From: an uncultured Chloroflexia bacterium
GTDB lineage: Bacteria; Chloroflexota; Limnocylindria; Limnocylindrales; CSP1-4
Reading direction: 5' to 3'
DNA: 64,000 bases
Assembly (NCBI GenBank): GCA_963748625.1
Contig: CAVVJT010000007.1
Location: 288,001-352,000, forward strand
The notes below the pieces were generated by a model, which searched no databases, was not told the DNA's origin, and saw nothing but the letters and a program-made list of their open reading frames with translations. The translations under genes and the position numbers were made by a program. Shown here one piece after another: positions 43,623-53,069 of the stretch (its first letter is position 1; the number at the start of each line of letters is the position of its first letter).

Positions 43623-44329
43623 GCGCGGCTGCCCCGGTCCCGACCGGGCTGGGTGCCCCCGTCACGACGAAGCCCGGTGCCCCGGTCCCGGCTGAGCGCG
43701 GTGCCCCGGTCCCGCCCGAGCTCCTTGGCGACGGCCCCGAGCGCCCGGTGGATCAGGACGCGGACGGCGCCCTCGGACCTGCCCAGGACGCCGGCGATCT
43801 CCGCGGTGCTCATCTCCTCCACGAACCGCAGTTCCAGGGCGCGGCGCCGGTCGTCGGGCAGGGAGCGCAGCGCCCGCAGGGCCTCGGTGGCCTCGTCGCG
43901 GGTCACCGCGTCATGCTCCAGGTCCGTGGTGTCCGCGAGGGCGAGCCCCGCGCCGAGCGCGAGGTCCAGCGAGTCGGCGGGCTTGCGGTTGCGGGTCCGG
44001 CGCTCGTTGGCAATCACGTTGCGCGCGATCCGGAACAGCCACACGCGGAACGTGGAGGCCTCGGGGCCGTCCTCGGCGCGGGCCTGCTCCCGGAAACGCG
44101 GCAGCGCCGCCAGCGCCCGCAGGAAGGTCCGCTCGGTGGCGTCCTCCGCGGCGTGGTGGTCGGCGAGCTCGTAGAGCGCGAACGCATACACCTGGGCGAG
44201 GTACTTCCGGTACAGGGCGTCGAACTGGGCGGGGTCCCGGCGTGCCGCCTCCACGAGGCGCCGGTCGCGATCGAGCGCGACGACGCCCTCGCCGGCGCGC
44301 TCCTGCCTACCAAACACCGGGCGGACCAT
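43619..44329 (-). CDS. ECF-type RNA polymerase sigma-70 factor
   Basis: FDALYRKY, AEDATERTFLRA, FRVWLFRIARN (region 2); LELRFVEEMSTAEIAGVLGRSEGAVRVLIHRA (region 4); C-terminal 8-aa repeats. Confidence 0.93.
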   Translation of the reverse strand: MVRPVFGRQERAGEGVVALDRDRRLVEAARRDPAQFDALYRKYLAQVYAFALYELADHHAAEDATERTFLRALAALPRFREQARAEDGPEASTFRVWLFRIARNVIANERRTRNRKPADSLDLALGAGLALADTTDLEHDAVTRDEATEALRALRSLPDDRRRALELRFVEEMSTAEIAGVLGRSEGAVRVLIHRALGAVAKELGRDRGTALSRDRGTGLRRDGGTQPGRDRGSRA

Positions 44330-44333
44330 CGCG

Positions 44334-45278
44334 TTACACCCCGTCCCGCTGGGCGGGCGTGTCCTGGTCGGCGGCGGCGTCCCCGCGGTCGGAGTCGGGC
44401 GGCGCGGCCAGGCGCACACGGACGACCTCGCCGGCGTGAACGTGGCGCTCCCCGCCCGGCACCTCGTCGTCGGCCAGGACCAGCGCGCCGCTGGAGCCGT
44501 CCACACCGAGAGCCGGCAGCGGCTCGGTGGCCGACCCGTCGGGTGCCTCGAGGGTCACCAGGCGTCCGGTGGTGACCTGGCGCCGCGTCCAGGTGTCCAC
44601 GTCGAACCAGCCGGCACGCAGGGCCTCGTGCCGGCCGGCCAGCCGGTCGGCGAACGCGTCGAACAGGGCGTCCCGATCGATCGGACGGCCGCCGGACGCC
44701 TCGCGCAGGCTCGTCATGGTGTGGGCGATGTCGGGCGGGAAGGCGTCCTGCGTCCAGTCGGTGTTGATCCCGATGCCCACCACCACCCGCGGGTTGTCGG
44801 TGCCCAGGCCATCGCTCTCGCCGAGGACCCCCGCGAGCTTCTGCAGCCGCAGCGGCGCGGCCAGGCGCTCGGAGGCCTCGTCGGCGGACAGGAGGCCCGT
44901 CAGCAGTGCGTTCGGCCCAGCGGTCTCGATCACGAGGTCGTTCGGCCACTTCAGGCGGATGGCGCCCTCGGGGAGTCCTGCGGTGTCCTCGGCGGCATCG
45001 CACATGGCGAGGGCCACCGTGGCGGCGACGCGCCAGGCGCGGTCGGGCGGGAGATACGCGGGCCGGAAGCCGAGCGAGCAGAGAAGCGCCGCTCCGGGGG
45101 GCGCCGTCCACGTGCGGCCGTGGCGCCCGCGCCCGGCGGTCTGCTCATCGGCGAGCGCGCAGCACACCTCGGGCGTGGCGTCGAGCAGCCACGTCCGCAC
45201 GATGTCATTGGTGCTGCCGGTGGACGGGTACCGCTCGACCCGGCTGAAGACCGAACCGCCGGCAGGAGCCTCGGTCAC
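44334..45278 (-). CDS. birA: Biotin--protein ligase without N-terminal HTH (class I)
   Basis: STGSTND, ADEQTAGRGRHGRTW, LKWPND, KLAGVLGE, VVGIGIN. Confidence 0.93.
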   Translation of the reverse strand: MTEAPAGGSVFSRVERYPSTGSTNDIVRTWLLDATPEVCCALADEQTAGRGRHGRTWTAPPGAALLCSLGFRPAYLPPDRAWRVAATVALAMCDAAEDTAGLPEGAIRLKWPNDLVIETAGPNALLTGLLSADEASERLAAPLRLQKLAGVLGESDGLGTDNPRVVVGIGINTDWTQDAFPPDIAHTMTSLREASGGRPIDRDALFDAFADRLAGRHEALRAGWFDVDTWTRRQVTTGRLVTLEAPDGSATEPLPALGVDGSSGALVLADDEVPGGERHVHAGEVVRVRLAAPPDSDRGDAAADQDTPAQRDGV

Positions 45279-46585
45279 CGAGCCTCGGCCGGCGCAGTGC
45301 CCGCGGTGTCTGGCGCCTCAGGCTGCTCCAGCTGGAACGCGGCGTGCAGGGCGCGCACGGCGTCCTCCACGCGATCCTCGGCGATGATCGTGGTGATCCG
45401 GATCTCCGACGTGGAGATCATCTCGATGTTGATCCCGGTGTCCGCGAGCACGCCGAACATCTTGGCCGCGTAGCCCGGCGCGTTCTGGATGCCCGCACCC
45501 ACGATCGACACCTTGGCCACCGACGAGTCCGTGGTCATGTCGCGGAAGCCCAGCTCACGGATGAGCGGCTCAAGCATGCGCTTGGCCTTGGCCAGCTCCA
45601 CGCGGGGGATCGTGAACGAGATGTCCGTGGCGCCGCCGTGGCCCACGTTCTGGACGATCATGTCGACGTTGATCCCGGCCTCGGCGAGCGGGCCGAAGAC
45701 GTCATGGGCGACGCCCGGCTTGTCCGGCACGTCCACGAGCGTGATCTTGGCCACGTTCCGGTCGTGAGCGAGGCCGCGCACCTTGTTCCGCTGCTCCACG
45801 CGCGGGTCCTCCTTGATCAGGGTTCCGGGGGCGTCCTCGAACGAGCTGAGGACCTCGATGACGACGTCGTTGACCCAGCCGAGCTCCACGGCGCGCACCT
45901 GCATCACCTGGGCTCCCTGATTGGCGAGCTCCATCATCTCCTCGTAGCCGATGACGGGGAGCTGGGTGGCGTCGGACGCGATCCGCGGATCCGCGGTGTA
46001 GATGCCCTTGACGTCGGTGTAGATCTGGCAGCGGTCCGCCTGCAGCTGGGCTGCGAGGGCGACCGCGGTGGTGTCGGAGCCGCCCCGGCCGAGCGTGGTG
46101 ATCTCGGCGGCGTGGACGTCGCTGGCGGTGTCACTTGCCTCGAGCCGGCCGGCCTTGACCGACATGCCCTGGAAGCCGGCGACGATGACGACCTTGCCGG
46201 CGCCGATCTCGGCACGGACCCTTCGGGGGTCGATGCCGGCGATCCGGGCCTTGCCGTAGCGCCCGTCGGTGGTGATGCCGGCCTGGGGGCCGGTCAGGCT
46301 GATCGCCGGGACGCCGAGTGAGTGGAGTGCCATCGACATGAGCGTGGCGCTCTGGTGCTCGCCGGTGGCGAGGAGGACATCGAGCTCGCGGGCGTCGGGG
46401 TCGTCGGTGATGGCAGCGGCGAGCGCGAGAAGCTCGTCGGTCGTGTCGCCCATCGCGGAGACGACGACCACCAGGTCGGAGCCATTGGCGCGTTCCCGGG
46501 CGATGCGCCGCGCGACGCGCTTGATGCGCTCCGCATTGCCAACGGACGAGCCGCCGAACTTCATGACGACGAGGGGGCTGGACAT
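45275..46585 (-). CDS. lysC: Aspartate kinase with two ACT domains
   Basis: VMKFGGSSV, VVSAMGDTTDEL, TTLGRGGSDTTA, IYTDVKGIYTADPR, INIEMISTSEIR. Confidence 0.95.
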   Translation of the reverse strand: MSSPLVVMKFGGSSVGNAERIKRVARRIARERANGSDLVVVVSAMGDTTDELLALAAAITDDPDARELDVLLATGEHQSATLMSMALHSLGVPAISLTGPQAGITTDGRYGKARIAGIDPRRVRAEIGAGKVVIVAGFQGMSVKAGRLEASDTASDVHAAEITTLGRGGSDTTAVALAAQLQADRCQIYTDVKGIYTADPRIASDATQLPVIGYEEMMELANQGAQVMQVRAVELGWVNDVVIEVLSSFEDAPGTLIKEDPRVEQRNKVRGLAHDRNVAKITLVDVPDKPGVAHDVFGPLAEAGINVDMIVQNVGHGGATDISFTIPRVELAKAKRMLEPLIRELGFRDMTTDSSVAKVSIVGAGIQNAPGYAAKMFGVLADTGINIEMISTSEIRITTIIAEDRVEDAVRALHAAFQLEQPEAPDTAGTAPAEAR

Positions 46586-46664
46586 GGCGGGCATTCTAGC
46601 GCGGGAGGTTGCGGTTCCTCCGTTGCGAGTCGGTGTCGGCGCCACCCGGACGCGCGCGGGTGGC

Positions 46665-46728
46665 TCCCGGGGACACGAGGCGCCCGGCTCCGCCGCGGGC
46701 GGCGTCCCGGGGACACGAGGCGCCCGGC
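46665..46728. repeat. 24-bp direct repeat (period 40)
   Basis: tcccggggacacgaggcgcccggc at 46665-46688 and 46705-46728. Confidence 0.9.
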
Positions 46729-46734
46729 GCCGCG

Positions 46735-46910
46735 TTTCATCCGCACAAGGATGGTTTGGCCGTTCCTATCCTTGTGGGGATCGTTTCCGAATGGTGCGTG
46801 CAGGGATCAGACCACGAAGTCGGGGTTCGGTGCCCGACCTCCGCACGCCGGTGGCCGTTTCCATCCGCACGAGGATGCTTTGCCGATCCCATCCCCGTGG
46901 GGATGATTTC
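46735..46910. repeat. REP/BIME-like composite: two ~52-bp palindromic direct repeats flanking a central hairpin
   Basis: catccgcacaaggatg...atccttgtggggat (46735-46787) and catccgcacgaggatg...catccccgtggggatg (46858-46910); central tgcgtgcaggg...acctccgcacgc (46795-46848). Confidence 0.75.
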
Positions 46911-47047
46911 GGGGCCGGGCGGCAGGGGCCGGCGGAGGGGGCTTTGCGGCCGCCCGCACAGGCGCGACAATCCCGGTGCGCACCGTGGACCCCCGCGCCC
47001 CGCCAGACCAGCCAGCCAGCCGCCCCGCCCCGTGAGGACCAGCGCCC

Positions 47048-47815
47048 ATGTGCTTCGACCACGACTCCCGCCCCCCGATCGAGCCCATCGAGGGCGGCGC
47101 GCTCGACGCAGGCGAGATCGAGCTGGTCTCCGCCGACGGGACGCGCTTCGCGGCCTACCTCGCCCAGGCGGCAGAGCCGACGGGGGCCGGGATCGTGATC
47201 CTGCCCGACGTACGCGGCCTGCACGAGTACTACCGCGAGCTCGCCCTGCGCTTCGCGGAGCACGGCGTCGACGCGATCGCCATCGACTACTTCGGGCGGA
47301 CCGCCGGCATCGGTAACCGGGGGCCGGGCTTCGACTGGGCGCCGCACGTGCCCCAGACCACGTACGAGGGGCTGCGCGACGACGTCAGTGCCGCCGGCGC
47401 GCACCTGCGCCTTGCCACGGGTGCGACCCGGATCCACACGATCGGGTTCTGCATGGGCGGGCGGCTCGCGCTCCTCTCGGCCGGGTTCGGGCTGGACCTC
47501 GCGGGTGTCGTCGGCTTCTACGGGTGGCCGGTGGGTCCCGCGCGCAACGGCACGCCGGCGCCGGCGGAGGTCGCAGCCACGTTCGCCAGCCCGGTCCTGG
47601 CGATCTTCGGCGGGGCCGACGAGGGGATCCCGGCCACCGCGATCGAGACCTTCGAACGAGAGCTGGAGCTCGCGGGCGTGGACCACCGGGTCGTGACGTA
47701 CCCGGGCGCGCCGCACTCCTTCTTCGACCGCAAGGCCGAGGAGTTCGCGGCGACATCGGCGAGTGCCTGGGACGAGGTCACCAGGTTCCTGGGCCTCGGC
47801 GCCGGCCCGTCGTGA
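47048..47815 (+). CDS. Dienelactone hydrolase family protein
   Basis: LPDVRGL, GFCMGG nucleophile motif, FGGAD, YPGAPHSF. Confidence 0.93.
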   Translation: MCFDHDSRPPIEPIEGGALDAGEIELVSADGTRFAAYLAQAAEPTGAGIVILPDVRGLHEYYRELALRFAEHGVDAIAIDYFGRTAGIGNRGPGFDWAPHVPQTTYEGLRDDVSAAGAHLRLATGATRIHTIGFCMGGRLALLSAGFGLDLAGVVGFYGWPVGPARNGTPAPAEVAATFASPVLAIFGGADEGIPATAIETFERELELAGVDHRVVTYPGAPHSFFDRKAEEFAATSASAWDEVTRFLGLGAGPS

Positions 47816-48060
47816 GCTTCCTGCGCCGGCTGGTCGGCGGATCGGGGGCGCCCAGACCGGCTGAGCCCGCACCAACACCTGCCGAGGTGCAGGCGGCTGA
47901 CCAGGCCTACGAGCGCCAGCTGCTGCGCGACGAGGCCGAGCGCCTCTCCTCCGAGCTGCTCCAGCGCCAGATGCGGTACGCGGACAGGTCGTGGACGCCG
48001 CCGGCCCAAGGTGGCGATGTGCGCGCGACCCTCGGTGGAGACGACCCAGCGTCCAGCTGA
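47812..48060 (+). CDS. Small hypothetical protein (82 aa)
   Basis: GTG overlaps the upstream stop (GTGA); MSFLRRLVGG start; GC3-rich codons. Confidence 0.65.
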   Translation: MSFLRRLVGGSGAPRPAEPAPTPAEVQAADQAYERQLLRDEAERLSSELLQRQMRYADRSWTPPAQGGDVRATLGGDDPASS

Positions 48061-48173
48061 GAAGCAGACCCGGCCGCGATGCGTTTGGCGCAACTGGCGC
48101 ATTGCCAGCGCGCCCGATCGCGGCCATCATCGCGGCCTGCCGTCGCCGGACCATCGCCACCCATGGGAGTCAC

Positions 48174-50010
48174 GTGAACGCTGCTGCCCGCACCCTCGTC
48201 TCGATCCTCGTCGCCCTCGCGGTGCTTCCGCTCGGCGCCGGTCCGGCGAGCGCCACCAGCCCGCTCAGCGGCACGGTGACCATCAACGGCGACACCACGA
48301 CGCCGGTCAACGGCTCCATCTACGCGACCGTGCCGGGGTCCGGGTATGCGTCGGGCTGGACGATCACCAACGGCACCTTCTCCGTCCCCGCCGCCGCTGA
48401 CGGCGACTACAAGTTCTTCGTCACGATCTCCACGATGGACGGCCTGCGGCGCTACTACAAGGAAGGCGACCCGGCCGGCGTCCCAGACGAGGCCTCCGCC
48501 ACGCTGGTCCACCTGGCGTCCGCCCCCAAGACCCTGGACTGGCAGCTGGCCCCGATCGCCACCCTGTCCGGCACGGTCAAGGACGGCGACGGCACCGGGC
48601 TCGCCGCCGCCGACGTGTTCATCAATCGCCTCGGCATGGTGCGGTCCACCAAGACCGACGGCTCGGGTGCCTACACCTTCGGATACGTGCAATCAGGGAC
48701 GGTCACGATGACGGCGCGGGGACCCGAGACGCTCTCGGGCTCCACCCGGAAGGTCGTGCTCCCGGCCAGCGGGTCTGCGGTCGAGAACTTCGTGCTGCTG
48801 CCCAAGGGGCACATCGAGGGCACGGTGACCGATGCTGCCTCCGGCGACCCGATCGCCTACATCGACGTGAGCGCCTTCACCACGCTCCACAACTACAACA
48901 ACTCGGCCACCACGGATGCCAACGGCCACTTCGCGTTCGACGTCGACCCCGACTCGTACGTGCTGCGGTTCGACGATTTCGGCCTTCGCCAGCTACCCGG
49001 GCACGTTCAATGGCGGGGCGCTGGTCATCGACGATGCGACCCCCTTCGCGGTGGCGTCGGAAGCGACGGTCACCCACGACGAGGTCCTGACGGCCAACCC
49101 GGATCCGCGCCTGGTCGCCCATGCCCTCAGCGGCGTGGTCACGGACACCGGCAGTCCCCCGGCGCCGCTCGGCGGCATTGAGGTCACGGCCTCGCACGGC
49201 GTCGACATGTACACCACGACCACGGACCGCCTGGGCCGGTGGGCGCTCGGCACGCCGGACGCTCCCCTCCCCGACCAGGACTACCAGCTGCGGGCCGAGC
49301 AGGGCTGGCGGCTCATCAACCTGCACCCAGACCTCGTCCCGTGGTTCCCGGAGCTCTATCCGGATGCCTGGACGGCCGCCACGGCGACCACGATCACGGT
49401 CGCGGGCAACACGCAGGACAACCTCGACATGGCTCTCGACCGGGCGGCGCGCATTGCGGTCACCGCGTCCGCGGCCGGGACCGGCACCCTGCACACGGGC
49501 TACCGGGTGATGACCCCGGCCGGCGCAGTCGTGGCGGACGTGCCCGCGACCACCTCGAGCCCTGCCAGCCCGATCGCCGTGCTACTGCGAACCGGGACGT
49601 GGAAGATCCTTGCCTCGGGCTTCCGGGGCGACACGGCGCCGGGCACCCGCCTCCTGCCGCAGTGGCTCGGGGGCGGCGCCTCGTTGTCGACGGCGGGCTT
49701 GTTCGCCGTCACCTCGGGCCAGGACAGCACGACGACGGTCACGCTGCCGAGTGCCCTGCGCGCGACCACGGCCCCTCGGATCACGGGCAAGCCCAAGGTT
49801 GGCCGGAAGCTCGTCGCGACGACGGGAACGTGGAACCTGATGACCGCGACGACCTTCACGTTCAAGTGGCTGCGCGGCACCAAGGTGATCGGCCGGACGG
49901 CCACGCATCGGGTCGTGTCGGCCGATCGGGGCCGGACCCTCAAGGTGCGCGTGACGGCGGTCAACGGGACATTCCGGACCACGATCACCCGCAAGATCAA
50001 AGTGCCCTGA
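48174..50010 (+). pseudogene. Secreted protein with carboxypeptidase-regulatory-like (Cna/Ig) repeats, split by a single-base frameshift near 48983
   Basis: Signal peptide; repeats LSGTVKDGDG...TDGSGAY, IEGTVTDAASG...TDANGHF, LSGVVTDT...TDRLGRW; ORFs 47991-49181 and 48916-50010 join if one C is removed from ggccttcgcc. Confidence 0.75.
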
Positions 50011-50102
50011 TCGCGTCGACCCGGACGGGGCGCTGACGAGGATCCGGGTGCCCTGGTCTCGAGCGCCGGCGGGCTCGCCCGGTCAGGCGCCGGCGCGCCC
50101 GC

Positions 50103-51305
50103 TCAGATGCGTGCGCGCCCGCTCAGCCACGCGGCGCCGCCCGCCGCGAAGGCGAGCAGGGCGGTGCCCACCATCGCCACCTGCAAGTCCGCGGCCACCG
50201 AGATGAACCCGATCGCAGGCGGGTAGACGATCGCTCCGAGGACGGCCGCGAAGATCAGCGTCGTGGCCACCGTGGCCGATCGACCCGGCAGGCGCGAACC
50301 CGCCGCCGCCACCATCAGCGGGAAGAACGGCCCGAAGGCGACGCCGACGCCTCCGAACAGGAACGGGGTCCAGCCACCTACCGGCAGCAGGAACGCCACG
50401 AGGAGCACGACGCCGCCGACGGGCGCCAGGATCGCCGCCGCCCGGAGCGGCTCGACCCGGCTCCCGATCCGCGCGAACACCACGCGTCCCACCGCGATCC
50501 CTGCCCAGAACAGGGTGAGGGCGAGGCTCGCCGCGGTCACCGGCAGGTCGTCGAGGTAGCGGACCAGCCAGTCCGACACGCCCGCCTCCGACGCCACGTA
50601 GCAGCCCGTCCCGAGGGCCATGACCACCAGGAACAGGGGAAGCCGGCGGGGGTCGGGTCGGTCGGCGCCGTCCGAGGTCCCTTCGCGCGGGTCGCGCGGC
50701 TGCGGCAGGCGGCCATGCGGGACGGTGACCAGGATCGCCACCGCCAGCAGGCCCGCGAGGACGCCACTGACCAGCATCGGCACCTGCCAGTCGATCCCAG
50801 CGGACACCACAGCCGCCAGCGCGAGCGGAGCCACCAGCGCTCCGACGCTGTACATCACGTGCAGGAGGTTGAGCGCTCGGCCGCGCGAGTCCGGGAACAG
50901 GTCGAGCACGAGCGAGTTGATGCCGATGTCGGCCGCGGATGCCCCCAGGCTGACGAGCACGCCCAGTGCCGCGAACGCGACCCAGTCCGCCGTGACGCCC
51001 TGGAAGCCGAGGCCGGCGCACATGGCGAGCATTGCCAGCGCCACCGCGATCCGCGGGCCCCGCGCCCGGACGAACCGTCCACCGGCCAGGACACCCACGC
51101 CGTACGCGACGGCCGTCACGAGGAAGTAGGCACCCATGCCCGCATCGTCCTGGCCGAACGCCGGCTGCACGGAGCGGATCATCGACGGGACCAGGAGCCC
51201 TCGCCATCCGATCAGGGCATACGCGAACCCTACGACGATCCCGGCGCGCAGCGCCCGGTCCGACGCCGTCGGCGGCACAGGGCCCGGCGCGTCGGGGTGG
51301 TGCAT
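50103..51305 (-). CDS. MFS transporter (FucP/TsgA-like)
   Basis: About 12 TM helices; ALNLLHVMYSVGALVAP, YVASEAGVSDW, GPFFP. Confidence 0.9.
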   Translation of the reverse strand: MHHPDAPGPVPPTASDRALRAGIVVGFAYALIGWRGLLVPSMIRSVQPAFGQDDAGMGAYFLVTAVAYGVGVLAGGRFVRARGPRIAVALAMLAMCAGLGFQGVTADWVAFAALGVLVSLGASAADIGINSLVLDLFPDSRGRALNLLHVMYSVGALVAPLALAAVVSAGIDWQVPMLVSGVLAGLLAVAILVTVPHGRLPQPRDPREGTSDGADRPDPRRLPLFLVVMALGTGCYVASEAGVSDWLVRYLDDLPVTAASLALTLFWAGIAVGRVVFARIGSRVEPLRAAAILAPVGGVVLLVAFLLPVGGWTPFLFGGVGVAFGPFFPLMVAAAGSRLPGRSATVATTLIFAAVLGAIVYPPAIGFISVAADLQVAMVGTALLAFAAGGAAWLSGRARI

Positions 51306-51414
51306 CACACGATGCTATCGGCCGGCCGGCTCCGACGCCCAGCGGCCCACACGCACCCGCGACGGCGCGTACCCTGTGCCTGCAGGAACTCCGCATACCA
51401 CCGCGAGGGCAGCC

Positions 51415-51639
51415 ATGAAGGAACGGCTCATCGGCGACGACCAGCTCCTGGTCACAGCCGACACCACGCTCGGCGATCCGCTCTGGGACTGGGTTGCGGC
51501 TGACGCCGCCCGGCGCGCGCCCGACGGCTGGCGCATCGCCAACATCGGCGCGGTGCCGACCGGTGCCCCGGCGGCCCAGCCCTACGGTTATGCGCCGCAG
51601 CCCACGGGCGTCACCATGTGGGTCGTCTACCGCCGGTGA
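51415..51639 (+). CDS. Small hypothetical protein (74 aa)
   Basis: GAGGG before ATG; stop overlaps the next GTG (GTGA). Confidence 0.65.
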   Translation: MKERLIGDDQLLVTADTTLGDPLWDWVAADAARRAPDGWRIANIGAVPTGAPAAQPYGYAPQPTGVTMWVVYRR

Positions 51640-52316
51640 GCGCCTACGACGCGCCGGGCGACGGGTCAGCCGCATCGCCCGATGCCGGGCCTGCCTCGGA
51701 CCGTGTCCAGCTCCGGCGCAAGGCGAAGCGCGGGCACTACGACGCCGAGACCATCCACGCGATCGTGGACCAGGCGATCGTGGGGTACGTGGGCTGGGTC
51801 AGGGACGGCCAGCCCTACGTGACGCCGGTCAACGTCTGGCGCGCCGGTGACCGCCTCCTGTGGCACGCGTCGGTCGGCAGCGGCATGGGACTGGCCATGG
51901 ACGGCGCCCCCGTGTGCGTGACGGTCAGCCACGTCGACTCGCTCGTCCTCGCCCGCAGCGCCACCAACCACTCGGTGGACTACCGCTCGGTGATGGCGCT
52001 CGGAACGGCGCACCGCATCCGCGACGACGAGGAGCTCGAGGCGGCCCTGGAGGGCCTGATCGAGAGCCTGTTCCCCGGTCGCTGGGCACAGCTGCGCCCG
52101 ATGACCGACGCGGAACGGCGCGCGACCGCGGTCTTCTGGATCCCCCTCGACGAGGCATCGGCGAAGGTGCGCGACAGCGGCCTGATCGAGGATCCTGGCG
52201 ACGAGACGTGGCCCGCCTGGGGCGGCGTGCTTCCGGTGCGGACGGTCCGTGGCGAGCTCCAGCCGGACGAGCACGTCAAGCCCGACGTGCCGCTGCCTGA
52301 GATCCGGCTGCCGTAG
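51636..52316 (+). CDS. Pyridoxamine 5'-phosphate oxidase-like (NimA/flavin-nucleotide-binding) protein
   Basis: RGHYDAETIHAIVD, VCVTVSHVDSLVLARSATNHSVDYRSVM, EASAKVR. Confidence 0.88.
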   Translation: MSAYDAPGDGSAASPDAGPASDRVQLRRKAKRGHYDAETIHAIVDQAIVGYVGWVRDGQPYVTPVNVWRAGDRLLWHASVGSGMGLAMDGAPVCVTVSHVDSLVLARSATNHSVDYRSVMALGTAHRIRDDEELEAALEGLIESLFPGRWAQLRPMTDAERRATAVFWIPLDEASAKVRDSGLIEDPGDETWPAWGGVLPVRTVRGELQPDEHVKPDVPLPEIRLP

Positions 52317-52365
52317 TCCGCAGCAGGTCGGTTGCCCTGCCCAGCCGGGGCCCTGCCCCACCTTG

Positions 52366-52440
52366 GACGCGGCGCCCATGAATCCTCGGTCCCGTCCGCC
52401 CCAGACACGCCTCCCCCGGGTTTCGTGGGAGCGCCGCGTC
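52366..52440. other. Long intergenic hairpin between convergent genes
   Basis: gacgcggcgc (52366-52375) is the exact reverse complement of gcgccgcgtc (52431-52440), extended by ccatgaa/ttcgtgg. Confidence 0.6.
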
Positions 52441-52505
52441 TTCGAAACGGCCCCGAAGGACCGGCGGAGCCCGCGTACGCCGCGCATAAGCAAAGCGAGG
52501 AGTGT

Positions 52506-53069
52506 CTACGCGCCGCGACCCGGATTCGCTCCGACGATCGTCGGGGCGAGGCGGACGTAGAAGTGGCCGTCCTCGGGATTGCCTTCGCGGTCCGTGTCCC
52601 ATGCCCGTCGCACACCCTCGAAGTCGAAGCCTGCACGACGCGCGACGGCACCCGACGCAGCGTTGTCAGGGTGCGTGAACAGCTCGAGACGGAGCAACCC
52701 CGCATCGAACGACCAGTCAGCCAACAAGCGAAGGGCGCGGGTGGCGAGCCCACGGCGCCGGGCCCAAGGGGCGAGCCAGTAGCCCACCTCGGCACGGTGC
52801 GCGGCACGAAGGTGGCGGGCGATGGAACCGAGCACCTCGCCCGTTGCGGCGTCGGTGATGGCGAACGACCGCTCGTCGTCGGTATCCCAGTCCGCCCGGC
52901 GAACGGCGACAAATTCGCGGGCGACCTCCTCGGTATACGGCTGGGGAATGGGCAGGAAGCGGGCGATCTCCGGGTCCTGGCAGGCGGCGAGCACGGAGTC
53001 GGCATCGTCCAGCTCCCAGCGGCGTAGGAGAATGACGCCATCGCCAAGTCGAACCGGTGCCTCGCTCAC
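52506..53069 (-). CDS. GNAT N-acetyltransferase (RimJ/RimL family)
   Basis: AEVGYWLAPWARRRGLATRAL, NAASGAVARRAGFDFEG. Confidence 0.92.
   Translation of the reverse strand: MSEAPVRLGDGVILLRRWELDDADSVLAACQDPEIARFLPIPQPYTEEVAREFVAVRRADWDTDDERSFAITDAATGEVLGSIARHLRAAHRAEVGYWLAPWARRRGLATRALRLLADWSFDAGLLRLELFTHPDNAASGAVARRAGFDFEGVRRAWDTDREGNPEDGHFYVRLAPTIVGANPGRGA

Noticed and set aside
46586-46740. Lysine riboswitch upstream of lysC
   Set aside because: No recognisable consensus, and TAGAAT 7 nt before the ATG leaves no leader.
46735-46910. Palindromic repeats as a mini CRISPR (gtggggat recalls type I-E repeats)
   Set aside because: Only two imperfect ~52-bp units with a ~70-bp structured spacer; no cas genes.
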